From Candidatus Aenigmarchaeota archaeon LH_S4 (GTDB lineage: Archaea > Aenigmatarchaeota > Aenigmatarchaeia > QMZS01), in contig JAGXOI010000003.1 in NCBI GenBank assembly GCA_023659975.1, positions 7,633 through 39,632 of the forward strand: DNA of 32,000 nucleotides, in the 5' to 3' direction. The translations under genes and the position numbers were made by a program. The stretch's first letter is position 1; each line of letters begins with the position of its first letter. Shown here piece after piece: positions 1 through 7,631 of this stretch. The notes under the pieces are model-generated. The model did no database searches. It was not told where the DNA came from and saw nothing but the letters and a program-made list of their open reading frames with translations.

Positions 1-99
1 TAATCTGCGCACTTCCATAAGCATTAATAATATCTCCAGCTCCTACATCTTCGTATAATTCTTCAACCCTCCTCTTTTTGATTTATTATAATCCACACT

Positions 100-549
100 T
101 CACAACTTCTCCAATTCTAATTTCCTTAAAACCTCAAAATTTGGGTCTTCTATCTTGACAATGGTCTCAGGCTGAATATATCTTTCTTCGTTATATTCTT
201 TCACTTTTCCGATTATATCAACCAAACCTCCTTTTTCAATATTTTCTACTGTTTCTAAATCAACCTGTTTCTGTTTAGAGCTACTATCCTCAAACTTGCT
301 ATTCATAAATATTTTGCACCTGATTGTGTCTGTTGTATCATCCAGAGTCAGAGTTGCATAATTTCCATCCTCAGAAACAAATTTATCCAGAACAGTTGCC
401 AGAACTCTCACTCTTGAAATTTTCATTCCCCCAGATTCAACATAGTTAGGGATGTACCTGTTTTCTTCTGATGTTCTGTCAATCCGAACAAATTTTCCAC
501 TATTTACTATCTTTATATCTATCTTCTTCGCAACCCGTCTTTCTTGCAT
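100..549 (-). CDS. OB-fold ssDNA-binding protein, RPA2/Stn1-like
   Basis: 149-aa ORF with the single OB-fold pattern of RPA32/Stn1-type proteins (RVRVLATVLDKF, LTLDDTTDTIRCKIF, GGLVDIIGKVKEYNEERYIQPETIVKIEDPNFEVLRKLE). Confidence 0.55.
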   Translation of the reverse strand: MQERRVAKKIDIKIVNSGKFVRIDRTSEENRYIPNYVESGGMKISRVRVLATVLDKFVSEDGNYATLTLDDTTDTIRCKIFMNSKFEDSSSKQKQVDLETVENIEKGGLVDIIGKVKEYNEERYIQPETIVKIEDPNFEVLRKLELEKL

Positions 550-1128
550 AATTATATATACTTAATTTTTATGTTAGATAAGATAGATAAAAAACTTAGG
601 TTTAAGGAAAAAATTACAAAACCCTTTCTAAAAAAAATTAATCCAAATCATGTTTCTATTCTTGGACTTTTCCTATCAATCCCAGTAGCTTATTTTATTT
701 TTGAGGAATTTTATCTTTTTGCAGTATTTTTTTTAATTCTTCATAGTTATTGTGATATTTTAGATGGGGCAATTGCAGAAAAATATAAAAAAACAAAAAA
801 GGGGGATTTTCTCGACCACTCTTTTGATAGATTTTCAGATGTAATTATTTTTTTGGGCGTTACCCTAAATCCAAATATTAATATTATAATTGGGTTTTTA
901 ACTATAATCACCATCCTACTGGTTTCTTACCTGGGAACCCAGGCACAGGCATTAACAAAAAAAAGACTTTATTCAGGTTTTGGAAGAGCAGACAGATTCC
1001 TTTTTCTATTTATTTTTCTAATTATATCTGAATTTTGGTTTATTCTAAATTATGGGGTTTTGTTGATTTTAATTCTTTCTTTGATTTCTTTTGTTTATAG
1101 GTTTTTTGTTATTTTGGAGTCTCTCTAA
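544..1128 (+). CDS. CDP-alcohol phosphatidyltransferase family protein (archaetidylserine / archaetidylinositol-phosphate synthase-like)
   Basis: Near-consensus CDP-OH-P motif DGAIAEKYKKTKKGDFLDHSFDRFSD (D-G-x2-A-x-x7-G-x3-D-x3-D). Multiple hydrophobic helices. The in-frame ATG at 571 is a more plausible start, because 544 overlaps the divergent gene. Confidence 0.75.
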   Translation: MHNYIYLIFMLDKIDKKLRFKEKITKPFLKKINPNHVSILGLFLSIPVAYFIFEEFYLFAVFFLILHSYCDILDGAIAEKYKKTKKGDFLDHSFDRFSDVIIFLGVTLNPNINIIIGFLTIITILLVSYLGTQAQALTKKRLYSGFGRADRFLFLFIFLIISEFWFILNYGVLLILILSLISFVYRFFVILESL

Positions 1129-1174
1129 TTTTAATTCCTTTATAATTGGAATCTTAACTGATTTTATATTTCAA

Positions 1175-1200
1175 TTACAGATAAAGTCCCAAGAAAGCTA
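1175..1200. repeat. 26-nt perfect inverted repeat, copy A (partner 18196-18221)
   Basis: ttacagataaagtcccaagaaagcta is the exact reverse complement of 18196-18221. The match stops abruptly at both ends. Confidence 0.95.
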
Positions 1201-1215
1201 CCGACTTTAGTCGTG
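1201..1215. repeat. 15-nt direct repeat ccgactttagtcgtg, copy 1
   Basis: Identical 15-mer at 1501-1515, exactly 300 nt downstream. It contains the quasi-palindrome CGACU-UU-AGUCG. Confidence 0.95.
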
Positions 1216-1500
1216 TATGGATTGGGCTGGAAAGAAGGGTATTTAAAGTTTTCTGTATATATTTATGGAGTTCTTTCTCTATAGCTGTGCTGGAGAAAGG
1301 TTAAAACTTCAGAACACTACACCTGTTAAAACCGTTGGCAACAACCAAATAAGAGGTAAGGTGCTTATACAATGAAAAGACCAACGAGGTTTAGGCTATA
1401 TGTCTAAACTAGGGTTTTGTTTTGGCACGCCCTATAACTGAGGCAGAGGACATAAAGAAGTCAGCAGGCTTTGTGGTTCAGAGTGCGATCTCAGAATCTC

Positions 1501-1515
1501 CCGACTTTAGTCGTG
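1501..1515. repeat. 15-nt direct repeat ccgactttagtcgtg, copy 2
   Basis: Identical to 1201-1215. It overlaps the CR-V-like motif and the stop codon of the minus-strand MBL gene fragment. Confidence 0.95.
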
Positions 1516-1665
1516 GAGAGTGTCAATGAGAAGTATTTTTCCATTTGTTCCAGTATCAAAAAGAATCTTTGAAGTATTTTCTACTTCCAACAAACAAGAG
1601 AAACCCCAATCAGCCTCTAAATTAGGTTTGTATATAGTGTTATCATAGATTAGGGTTACTCTCAT
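1507..1665 (-). pseudogene. N-terminal fragment (52 codons) of an MBL-fold metallo-hydrolase
   Basis: Hand translation gives MRVTLIYDNTIYKPNLEADWGFSCLLEVENTSKILFDTGTNGKILLIDTLHD*. This resembles the N-terminus of MBL-fold hydrolases (..AEHGFS.LIE....ILFDTG..) but stops before the HxHxDH motif. The stop TAA lies inside the 15-nt repeat. Confidence 0.5.
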
Positions 1666-1886
1666 AATTATATGTTTTTGTTATTTTAACTTAATAGCCA
1701 AGAAGTCTACTTCTAAAATCTAATTAAAATACAGGATTTTGATGGTAGATGAATTGGCATACTAAAGATTTTTTGTTATATTCTGTGGATTTGGTGGAGA
1801 AATTCAGCAAAAACTTATATTTAAGACCAATCCCAGGAGATAGAACCGCTTGATGGACTTATTAAAGATTTTCTAATAATAAAATA

Positions 1887-2126
1887 ATGGGTACGAAAAT
1901 GAAAGGAAAAGTAAAATTTTTTAATGAAATGAAGAGATTCGGCTTTATAGCTGGTGAGGATGGAAAAGAGTATTTCGTGCATCAAACAGGATTAAAGGAA
2001 GGTGTTGATATAAATGAAAATGATTCTGTTATCTTTGATGTAGAACAAGGAGATAGAGGTCCGAAAGCCGCAAATGTCGCATTAGATGAGTCTGAACCAA
2101 CTAAATCAAAAGAGGATTCTGAATAG
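1887..2126 (+). CDS. Cold-shock domain protein (CspA family)
   Basis: KGKVKFFNEMKRFGFIAGEDGKEYFVHQTGL matches the CSD RNP1/RNP2-type motifs (KGxVKWFN..KGFGFI, VFVH). The likely true start is the ATG at 1899. The tail is acidic. Confidence 0.85.
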   Translation: MGTKMKGKVKFFNEMKRFGFIAGEDGKEYFVHQTGLKEGVDINENDSVIFDVEQGDRGPKAANVALDESEPTKSKEDSE

Positions 2127-2540
2127 TTGTAAGCTTTTACTAATTAAAAAATTTTTTCTGAATTGAGTTTAACATATATAAACTTTTGTGAGGTTAGACT
2201 AAGCTATCAAAGAAGGAATAAATATTAAAGAAGAGGGTATATACTCCGAATCTCAAAGAATTTAAAAATCCAACGCCTTCATATCTTATTTTGCCTTCTG
2301 TTAATGCTTCTTCAGCACTTGTTTATCCTTTGAGAATTTCATTCATTATTGTTGGTAATTAGCTACAGGTCACATTTTAGAAACCTTTTTATTAATAAAT
2401 TTTAATATATATTCATAGGAAATACAAAATAGGACTTAATGAAGTTTTCTACCAAATGGAAAAAATTTGGGTGCGGCATTAGAGCTATTTATACACCTAC
2501 TTTTTGGGTTATATTTTATAGATGATAATTATTTTAAGGA

Positions 2541-3647
2541 TTAACTCAAACTCTCTAAAATATCCTCAAGATTCTTCTTTGTTTTTATCCCGGTCTCGGA
2601 AAAATGTGTTCTCTTTCCTTCCAACTTTTCCAGTAGAATTACCATTTTCTTCGGCTGTTTTTTGTTTAATTTGCAAAGTTTGTGAATATCGAAATAGAGG
2701 GGAAAATTTTGCTCATCTCTAACTCTTCTTATTAAACTACTTATATGAGTACCTGTTTCTTTGACTTTTGGAGGCAAAATTTTATCTATCTCTGTCGAAC
2801 CTCCTATTTCTTTTAAAATTTGATTACAAAATTCTTTAGAAGCAAAATTTCCAAGATAAATTTCCTGGATTAAATTTGTTTTTCTTCCACAAAACTCACA
2901 TTTCTCAGAAATTCCCTCTTTTCTCCAACCACATTTTTGGCAGTAAGAGAAATAACTAAATTGTTTTAATAATTTATCTGCCCTGCCAGCACCCCTCTCA
3001 ATTTTTCCAAAGATTCTGAAATAGTGCCTTTGATAATAAGAGAAAATTGGTTTAAATGCTAAATCATATTTTGCAAAGTTTCTAATTGCTGCAGAAATCA
3101 AGATTCTTAATCCAATTTCCTTTGAAAAATCTGTTCTCAAACTCTTGATTCCATATCTTCTTAGAGAAGTTAAGGGGGAAGTTCCACAGAGGGGTGCTGT
3201 GTCTGTTGCTGTAATTGCAACTGTCCCTCCTATTCTTATTGATTTTGCTGCAGAGTCAAGAAAATAAATTGGGGAACCAAAAGGGTCAATATCAATAAAA
3301 TCAAACCTCTCTTCAAGTACCAATTTATTTGCATCTTTGTTTTCTATTCTGACTTTTAATTTATTTAATTCTGCATTTTTTCTTGCAAATTCAACAACTC
3401 TTGGATTTTTATCATTTAAAACAACTTCTGAATCTTCCAATATAGAAGCATATCTCAAACCTCTAACTCCAGAAGCGCAAAACAAATCACAAATTTTCTT
3501 TGGTTTCAAAATTTTTACAATAACCTCAGACAAATCCCTGTCAAATTTCATCTCAGGATTATAAAAAACATCCATCCTCTTTGTTAATTTCTCTTCAACA
3601 GGAATTGATAATTTGATTTCCCTCTCCTTTATTGTTTGGAGTTTCAT
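2541..3647 (-). CDS. trm1: tRNA (guanine26-N2)-dimethyltransferase Trm1
   Basis: 368 aa. N-terminus VFYNPEMKFDRDLS and SAM-binding DLFCASGVRGLRYA. C-terminal Cys cluster (CQKCGW...CEFCG). Typical archaeal Trm1 layout. Confidence 0.85.
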   Translation of the reverse strand: MKLQTIKEREIKLSIPVEEKLTKRMDVFYNPEMKFDRDLSEVIVKILKPKKICDLFCASGVRGLRYASILEDSEVVLNDKNPRVVEFARKNAELNKLKVRIENKDANKLVLEERFDFIDIDPFGSPIYFLDSAAKSIRIGGTVAITATDTAPLCGTSPLTSLRRYGIKSLRTDFSKEIGLRILISAAIRNFAKYDLAFKPIFSYYQRHYFRIFGKIERGAGRADKLLKQFSYFSYCQKCGWRKEGISEKCEFCGRKTNLIQEIYLGNFASKEFCNQILKEIGGSTEIDKILPPKVKETGTHISSLIRRVRDEQNFPLYFDIHKLCKLNKKQPKKMVILLEKLEGKRTHFSETGIKTKKNLEDILESLS

Positions 3648-3708
3648 AAAATTATCACTAGATAAGTTCTTTATCGCTGAATTTTGATATTATTTTTTCT
3701 TTATGCTA

Positions 3709-4851
3709 TTAATTACTATATCCAACAAATTCTAGTTTTTCACCCTTATAATCTAAAATTGTTTTCAAGTATTCTTCATAACTTTTTTCTACTTTCCCTA
3801 CAATTTTTGCTTTATGTTCTCCTCTTCTACTGATTAAATCAACAACCTCCTCCGCAGTTTCTATATCAGGAACAATATAAGCAAAACCCATACCCATATT
3901 TTGTTTAGTATATGCTTGTTTTGGATTCCATTTAGATTCTTGGGATAACAATTTATGGATTGGCAGTTCTTCCATCGGGTCGGTGATTTCAAATGAAACA
4001 TCTTGCCCAACCCTATTAAAATTATGCAATCCGTTTCCAGTAATATTTACTCCGTAAATATCTCTATTATCAAACTCTTTTCCAACCATAGCAGCTTCTA
4101 CCAAATAAAGTGCTGTTGGTGTTTGTAAGGCTTCTAAAACGGTTTTCCCCTCTAAAATTTCTGGTTTACTACCTAAACTAAACCTTCCTCTATATTGACT
4201 TTTCCATTCTTCCCTTGGTTCAACATCAGGAGTTAAAAGAGCATGTCTTGCTTCAGTATATTCATTGCTATGCAGGCCTGTTGAAGAAACACCAACTATT
4301 ATATTACCTGGCTTAGGATTTAAGTTTGGAATTTTATCTTTATCCACATATCCAGTCATAACTATTCCAAAATCTACACCTTTACCTTCTATACCTAATG
4401 AAATCATTTCGTCAAGAGAAGCCGTCTCTATTTTCCCCATATTTATATCCCAAGGGGCATTAGGAATTCTAATTCTTTCTAAAGCATAAACAAAACCATT
4501 CATAATTTCTCCCATTTTTTCTTCTTCAATTTGAGTTTGGCAAGCCATATAAATATCCACTTCGCTTGGGAAAGCATAAAGAATAGTTGCCATATCATTA
4601 GCGTTCATTGCAATACCATCTATTGGTGCTAATTTATAATTATCACTCCAAGCACTCAAATAAAGTTTTGTTCCATTTCCATCAACACAGTGTACGGAAC
4701 AGTAACCAGGATGAACCCTTTCATTATCTCTTAATTCAACAAAAAATCCTTTTGCTTTATCATTTCTCCTATTATATAACCAGGGAGCCTTACTAAGTGC
4801 TTTTTTTCCACTTTCAATTGCAATTTTTTCACTTATTTCATACTCACACAT
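3709..4851 (-). CDS. AIR synthase (PurM)-like ATP-binding protein
   Basis: PurM-superfamily motifs VDGNGTK (cf. DGVGTK), IAMNANDM (cf. AMCVND) and VGVSSTGLHSNEYTEAR (cf. G..SSG.HSNGYSL.R). 380 aa. Confidence 0.55.
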   Translation of the reverse strand: MCEYEISEKIAIESGKKALSKAPWLYNRRNDKAKGFFVELRDNERVHPGYCSVHCVDGNGTKLYLSAWSDNYKLAPIDGIAMNANDMATILYAFPSEVDIYMACQTQIEEEKMGEIMNGFVYALERIRIPNAPWDINMGKIETASLDEMISLGIEGKGVDFGIVMTGYVDKDKIPNLNPKPGNIIVGVSSTGLHSNEYTEARHALLTPDVEPREEWKSQYRGRFSLGSKPEILEGKTVLEALQTPTALYLVEAAMVGKEFDNRDIYGVNITGNGLHNFNRVGQDVSFEITDPMEELPIHKLLSQESKWNPKQAYTKQNMGMGFAYIVPDIETAEEVVDLISRRGEHKAKIVGKVEKSYEEYLKTILDYKGEKLEFVGYSN

Positions 4852-4897
4852 ACTTAAATTATATTCAAAATTTAATTAACCCAATAAATTGAAGACG

Positions 4898-5122
4898 CTA
4901 AGGAACAACATAAAGAATAGTATCCCCTCTGATAAGCATGTCTTTGTATTTTGTTATTTCTTCACTCCTTTTTAACTCAACATCTGCAAGCCACATATTT
5001 AGATGTAAATCCTGTGCTTTTAATGTACCTGAGATTTCTGTTCCATTTTTTAATTTCAATAGAATTCTTTTTCCTTTAGAGTTATTCAACGCGTCTATTG
5101 GTCTATTTTCTTCCATAAACAT
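4898..5122 (-). CDS. Archaeal Sm-like (LSm/SmAP) protein
   Basis: 74 aa. Sm1/Sm2 pattern: RILLKLKNGTEISGTLKAQDLHLNMWLADVE ... MLIRGDTILYV. Confidence 0.85.
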   Translation of the reverse strand: MFMEENRPIDALNNSKGKRILLKLKNGTEISGTLKAQDLHLNMWLADVELKRSEEITKYKDMLIRGDTILYVVP

Positions 5123-5226
5123 AAATAAAACTTTAAATAGATAACCTTTTTAATATAATCAAAGATTGGGTAGAAAAAAGTTGGTTAGCAAAAATTCTAA
5201 AATAATTAATTTTATCTTTGTAATTT

Positions 5227-7593
5227 ATGGAAAATTTGCCGAAGAGACCTAATTTCAAGGAAATTGAGAATAGATGGAGAGATTTTTGGAAAAAAGAAAA
5301 AATATATAAATTTAATATAAATTCTAAAAAGAAAATATTTTCTATAGATGTTCCACCAATAACTCCTTCAGGAAAAATGCACATTGGACATGTAATGAGT
5401 TATACACATTTTGAATATATTGCAAGGTACAAAAGAATGCAAGGTTTTGAAGTATTTTTTCCAGCCTGCTTTGATGATAATGGTTTGCCAACTGAAAAAT
5501 ATGTTGAGGAGACCAAAAAAGTGTCCAAAGCCACGGTTGAAAGAAACAAATTCAGGGAGCTATGTTTCAACTCTGCAACAGAACTTGAAAAAGAATATAG
5601 CAAAATTTTTGAGGTTTTGGGATTTTCCTGGAATAATGATTTGTTGTATAGAACAATTAATTCTTTTTGTCAGAAGCAGGCTCAAAGATCTTTTATTGAT
5701 TTGTATAAAAAAGGTGAAATTTATAGAGAGGAAGAGCCGACAATATGGTGCCCTTTTCATCAGACAGCTTTAGCACAGGCAGAAGTGGATGATTTGGAGA
5801 GAAGAACTACTCTTAATTATTTGACTTTTGAAGTAGAGGATGGAGATAAAATAGAGATAGCAACAACAAGACCAGAATTTCTACCAGCTTGTGTTGGGAT
5901 AGCAGTTCATCCAGAAAAATATAAAGTGGGTAGGGAAGCGACAGTTCCTATTTTTGGCCAAAAGGTTAAAATTTTCAGGGATGAAAGAGTTGACCCTGAA
6001 TTCGGCACAGGAGCGGTGATGATTTGTACATTTGGTGATAAGACAGATATTGAGTGGTGGAAAGCATATAATCTTCCGCTTAAAATCTGCATTACGAAGG
6101 AGGGGAAAATGAATGAATTGGCAAAAGAGTATGGGGGGATGACAATAGAAGAAGCAAGAAAAAAGATAATTGATGATTTGAAAGAAAAAAACATTTTATA
6201 TAAACAAGAAGACTTAAAACAAAGGGTTGGAGTTTGCTGGAGATGCAAAACGCCAATTGAGTTTATAGTTACAAAACAATGGTTTGTTAAAGTTTTGAAA
6301 CACAAAGAGAAACTTATAGAACTGGGCAGAAAATTAAACTGGTATCCAGCATTTTACAGAAAGAGGTATGAGGATTGGGTAAATAATCTAAAGTGGGATT
6401 GGGCTATCTCAAGGCAGAGATATTATGGGATTCCTTTTCCTGTTTGGTATTGCAAAAACTGTGGAGAAGTTGTTTTAGCAGATGATAAAGAGTTACCAGT
6501 AGACCCAACCAAAAACAAACCAAAAAAATGTCCGCTATGTAACTCAAAAGAATTTATTCCTGAATTAGATGTTTTTGATACTTGGTTTACTTCTTCTATT
6601 ACACCCCTAATTAATTCAAAATGGAAAGAAGACGAAGCTTTTTTCAAGGAATTGTTTCCAATGAGTTTAAGACCAAATGGCCATGACATAATTAGAAGTT
6701 GGACTTTTTACACAATTTTAAAATCTTATTTACATTTAGGTAAACTTCCGTGGAAGGATGTAATGATTTCAGGTCATGGTCTGGACCCAAAAGGAAAGAA
6801 AATGAGTAAATCACTTGGAAATATTGTTGAACCTTTTGATATCATTAACAAGTATGGTGCAGATGCCATAAGGTTATGGGCAACAACAGCTAAAGTTGGT
6901 GAAGACTTACCTTTTAGGGAAGAAGATTTGAAACATAATAAGGATATTTTAATTAAGTTGTGGAATGCTTCAAGATTTATCCATCCAAACACTGAAAAAT
7001 TAGAGAAACCAGAATTAACTTTAATTGATAAATGGATTCTAACAAGATTTTCTCAGGTTGTTGAAAATTATCACAAATCTTTTGATAAATATGAACTTAG
7101 TGAAGCAAGAAGAATTACAGAAATGTTTTTTAAACATGAGTTCTGCGATTTTTATCTTGAGATGGTCAAGTACAGGATTTATAGGGATAATGATAAATTA
7201 AGTGCCAAATGGACTTTATATGAATTGTTCCTTGGAATTATTAAGTTATTCGCCCCATTTATTCCTTATATTACAGAAGAGATTTATCAAAAATTATTTA
7301 AAAAAACAGAGAAAAATTTAAGTATTCATCTATCTTCTCTTCCAGAAAAAATAATTGAAGATGAAGAGAGTCTAAAAATTGGAGAGTTGCTGAAAGATGT
7401 AACTTCAGAAGTCCGCAAATGGAAAATCTCAAATAAGTTATCTCTTGGAAAACAAATTACCAAAATAGAGATAACAGCAAAAAAGGAAGAAATTGAGAAA
7501 TTAAAACTGGTTCTGGATGACATAAAAGGAACAAACAGAGTTAAGGAAGTCGTGTTCAAAGAGGGAGAATTTGGAGTTAATTGTGGGATTTGA
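5227..7593 (+). CDS. valS: Valine--tRNA ligase (class Ia)
   Basis: HIGH-type motif PSGKMHIGH and KMSKS motif KMSKSLGN. CP1/editing signatures IATTRPEFLPACVGIAVHPE and GTGAVMICTFGD. FDDNGLPTE follows the catalytic-core start. 788 aa. Confidence 0.8.
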   Translation: MENLPKRPNFKEIENRWRDFWKKEKIYKFNINSKKKIFSIDVPPITPSGKMHIGHVMSYTHFEYIARYKRMQGFEVFFPACFDDNGLPTEKYVEETKKVSKATVERNKFRELCFNSATELEKEYSKIFEVLGFSWNNDLLYRTINSFCQKQAQRSFIDLYKKGEIYREEEPTIWCPFHQTALAQAEVDDLERRTTLNYLTFEVEDGDKIEIATTRPEFLPACVGIAVHPEKYKVGREATVPIFGQKVKIFRDERVDPEFGTGAVMICTFGDKTDIEWWKAYNLPLKICITKEGKMNELAKEYGGMTIEEARKKIIDDLKEKNILYKQEDLKQRVGVCWRCKTPIEFIVTKQWFVKVLKHKEKLIELGRKLNWYPAFYRKRYEDWVNNLKWDWAISRQRYYGIPFPVWYCKNCGEVVLADDKELPVDPTKNKPKKCPLCNSKEFIPELDVFDTWFTSSITPLINSKWKEDEAFFKELFPMSLRPNGHDIIRSWTFYTILKSYLHLGKLPWKDVMISGHGLDPKGKKMSKSLGNIVEPFDIINKYGADAIRLWATTAKVGEDLPFREEDLKHNKDILIKLWNASRFIHPNTEKLEKPELTLIDKWILTRFSQVVENYHKSFDKYELSEARRITEMFFKHEFCDFYLEMVKYRIYRDNDKLSAKWTLYELFLGIIKLFAPFIPYITEEIYQKLFKKTEKNLSIHLSSLPEKIIEDEESLKIGELLKDVTSEVRKWKISNKLSLGKQITKIEITAKKEEIEKLKLVLDDIKGTNRVKEVVFKEGEFGVNCGI

Positions 7594-7631
7594 TAAATTC
7601 CTGCTAAAACTTAAATTTTTTAACTAATTTT

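Larger units (their letters stand above)
1175..1530 (+). ncRNA. Structured RNA, best guess RNase P RNA (atypical); ends uncertain
   Basis: GC-enriched non-coding island in AT-rich DNA. Ordered matches to RNase P conserved regions: AUAAAGUCCC (1181-1190, CR-I-like); GUUAAAACC..GGCAACAACCAAAUAAGAGG (1325-1356, CR-II/III-like); UCAGAAUCUCCCGACUUUA (1491-1509, CR-V-like). UAAAGUC (1182-1188) can pair with GACUUUA (1503-1509) as a P4-like helix. Confidence 0.45.

Noticed and set aside
1-99. Minus-strand open frame running off the window start (..IKKRRVEELYEDVGAGDIINAYGSAQI..), directly downstream of the OB-fold gene.
   Set aside because: It looks protein-like, but no ATG/GTG/TTG start exists between the upstream double stop and the window edge. 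Neither a start nor a product can be supported.
1175-1530. Alternative reading of the structured RNA as SRP (7S) RNA. GAGGC-AGAG-GAC..GUC-AGCAG-GCUUU at ~1440-1473 loosely resembles the helix-8 symmetric loop (AGCA side).
   Set aside because: The apical loop is 8 nt rather than a GNAR tetraloop. No Alu-domain or helix-6-like features were seen, and there is no long 5'/3' helix-5 complementarity. Three ordered RNase P-like motifs fit better. This is not excluded without a covariance-model search.
2127-2540. An unusually long spacer downstream of both csp and trm1 (they converge on it), with a start-less open frame on the minus strand (..SAEEALTEGKIRYEGVGFLNSLRFGVYTLFF..).
   Set aside because: No start codon, no recognisable motif, and no RNA-like GC enrichment or structure. 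It is probably another eroded gene remnant, but this cannot be supported.
2522-2722. Small ORFs overlapping other well-supported genes: 2522-2722, 3337-3564, 4265-4489, 4608-4796, 4938-5144, 5133-5384, 12199-12459, 12612-12833, 13609-13836, 13855-14103, 14626-14916, 16924-17238, 18924-19201, 21573-21908, 23663-23845, 28251-28454 and 30751-31113.
   Set aside because: All lie antisense to, or out of frame within, stronger genes or the AbiEii-like remnant, and have implausible compositions.
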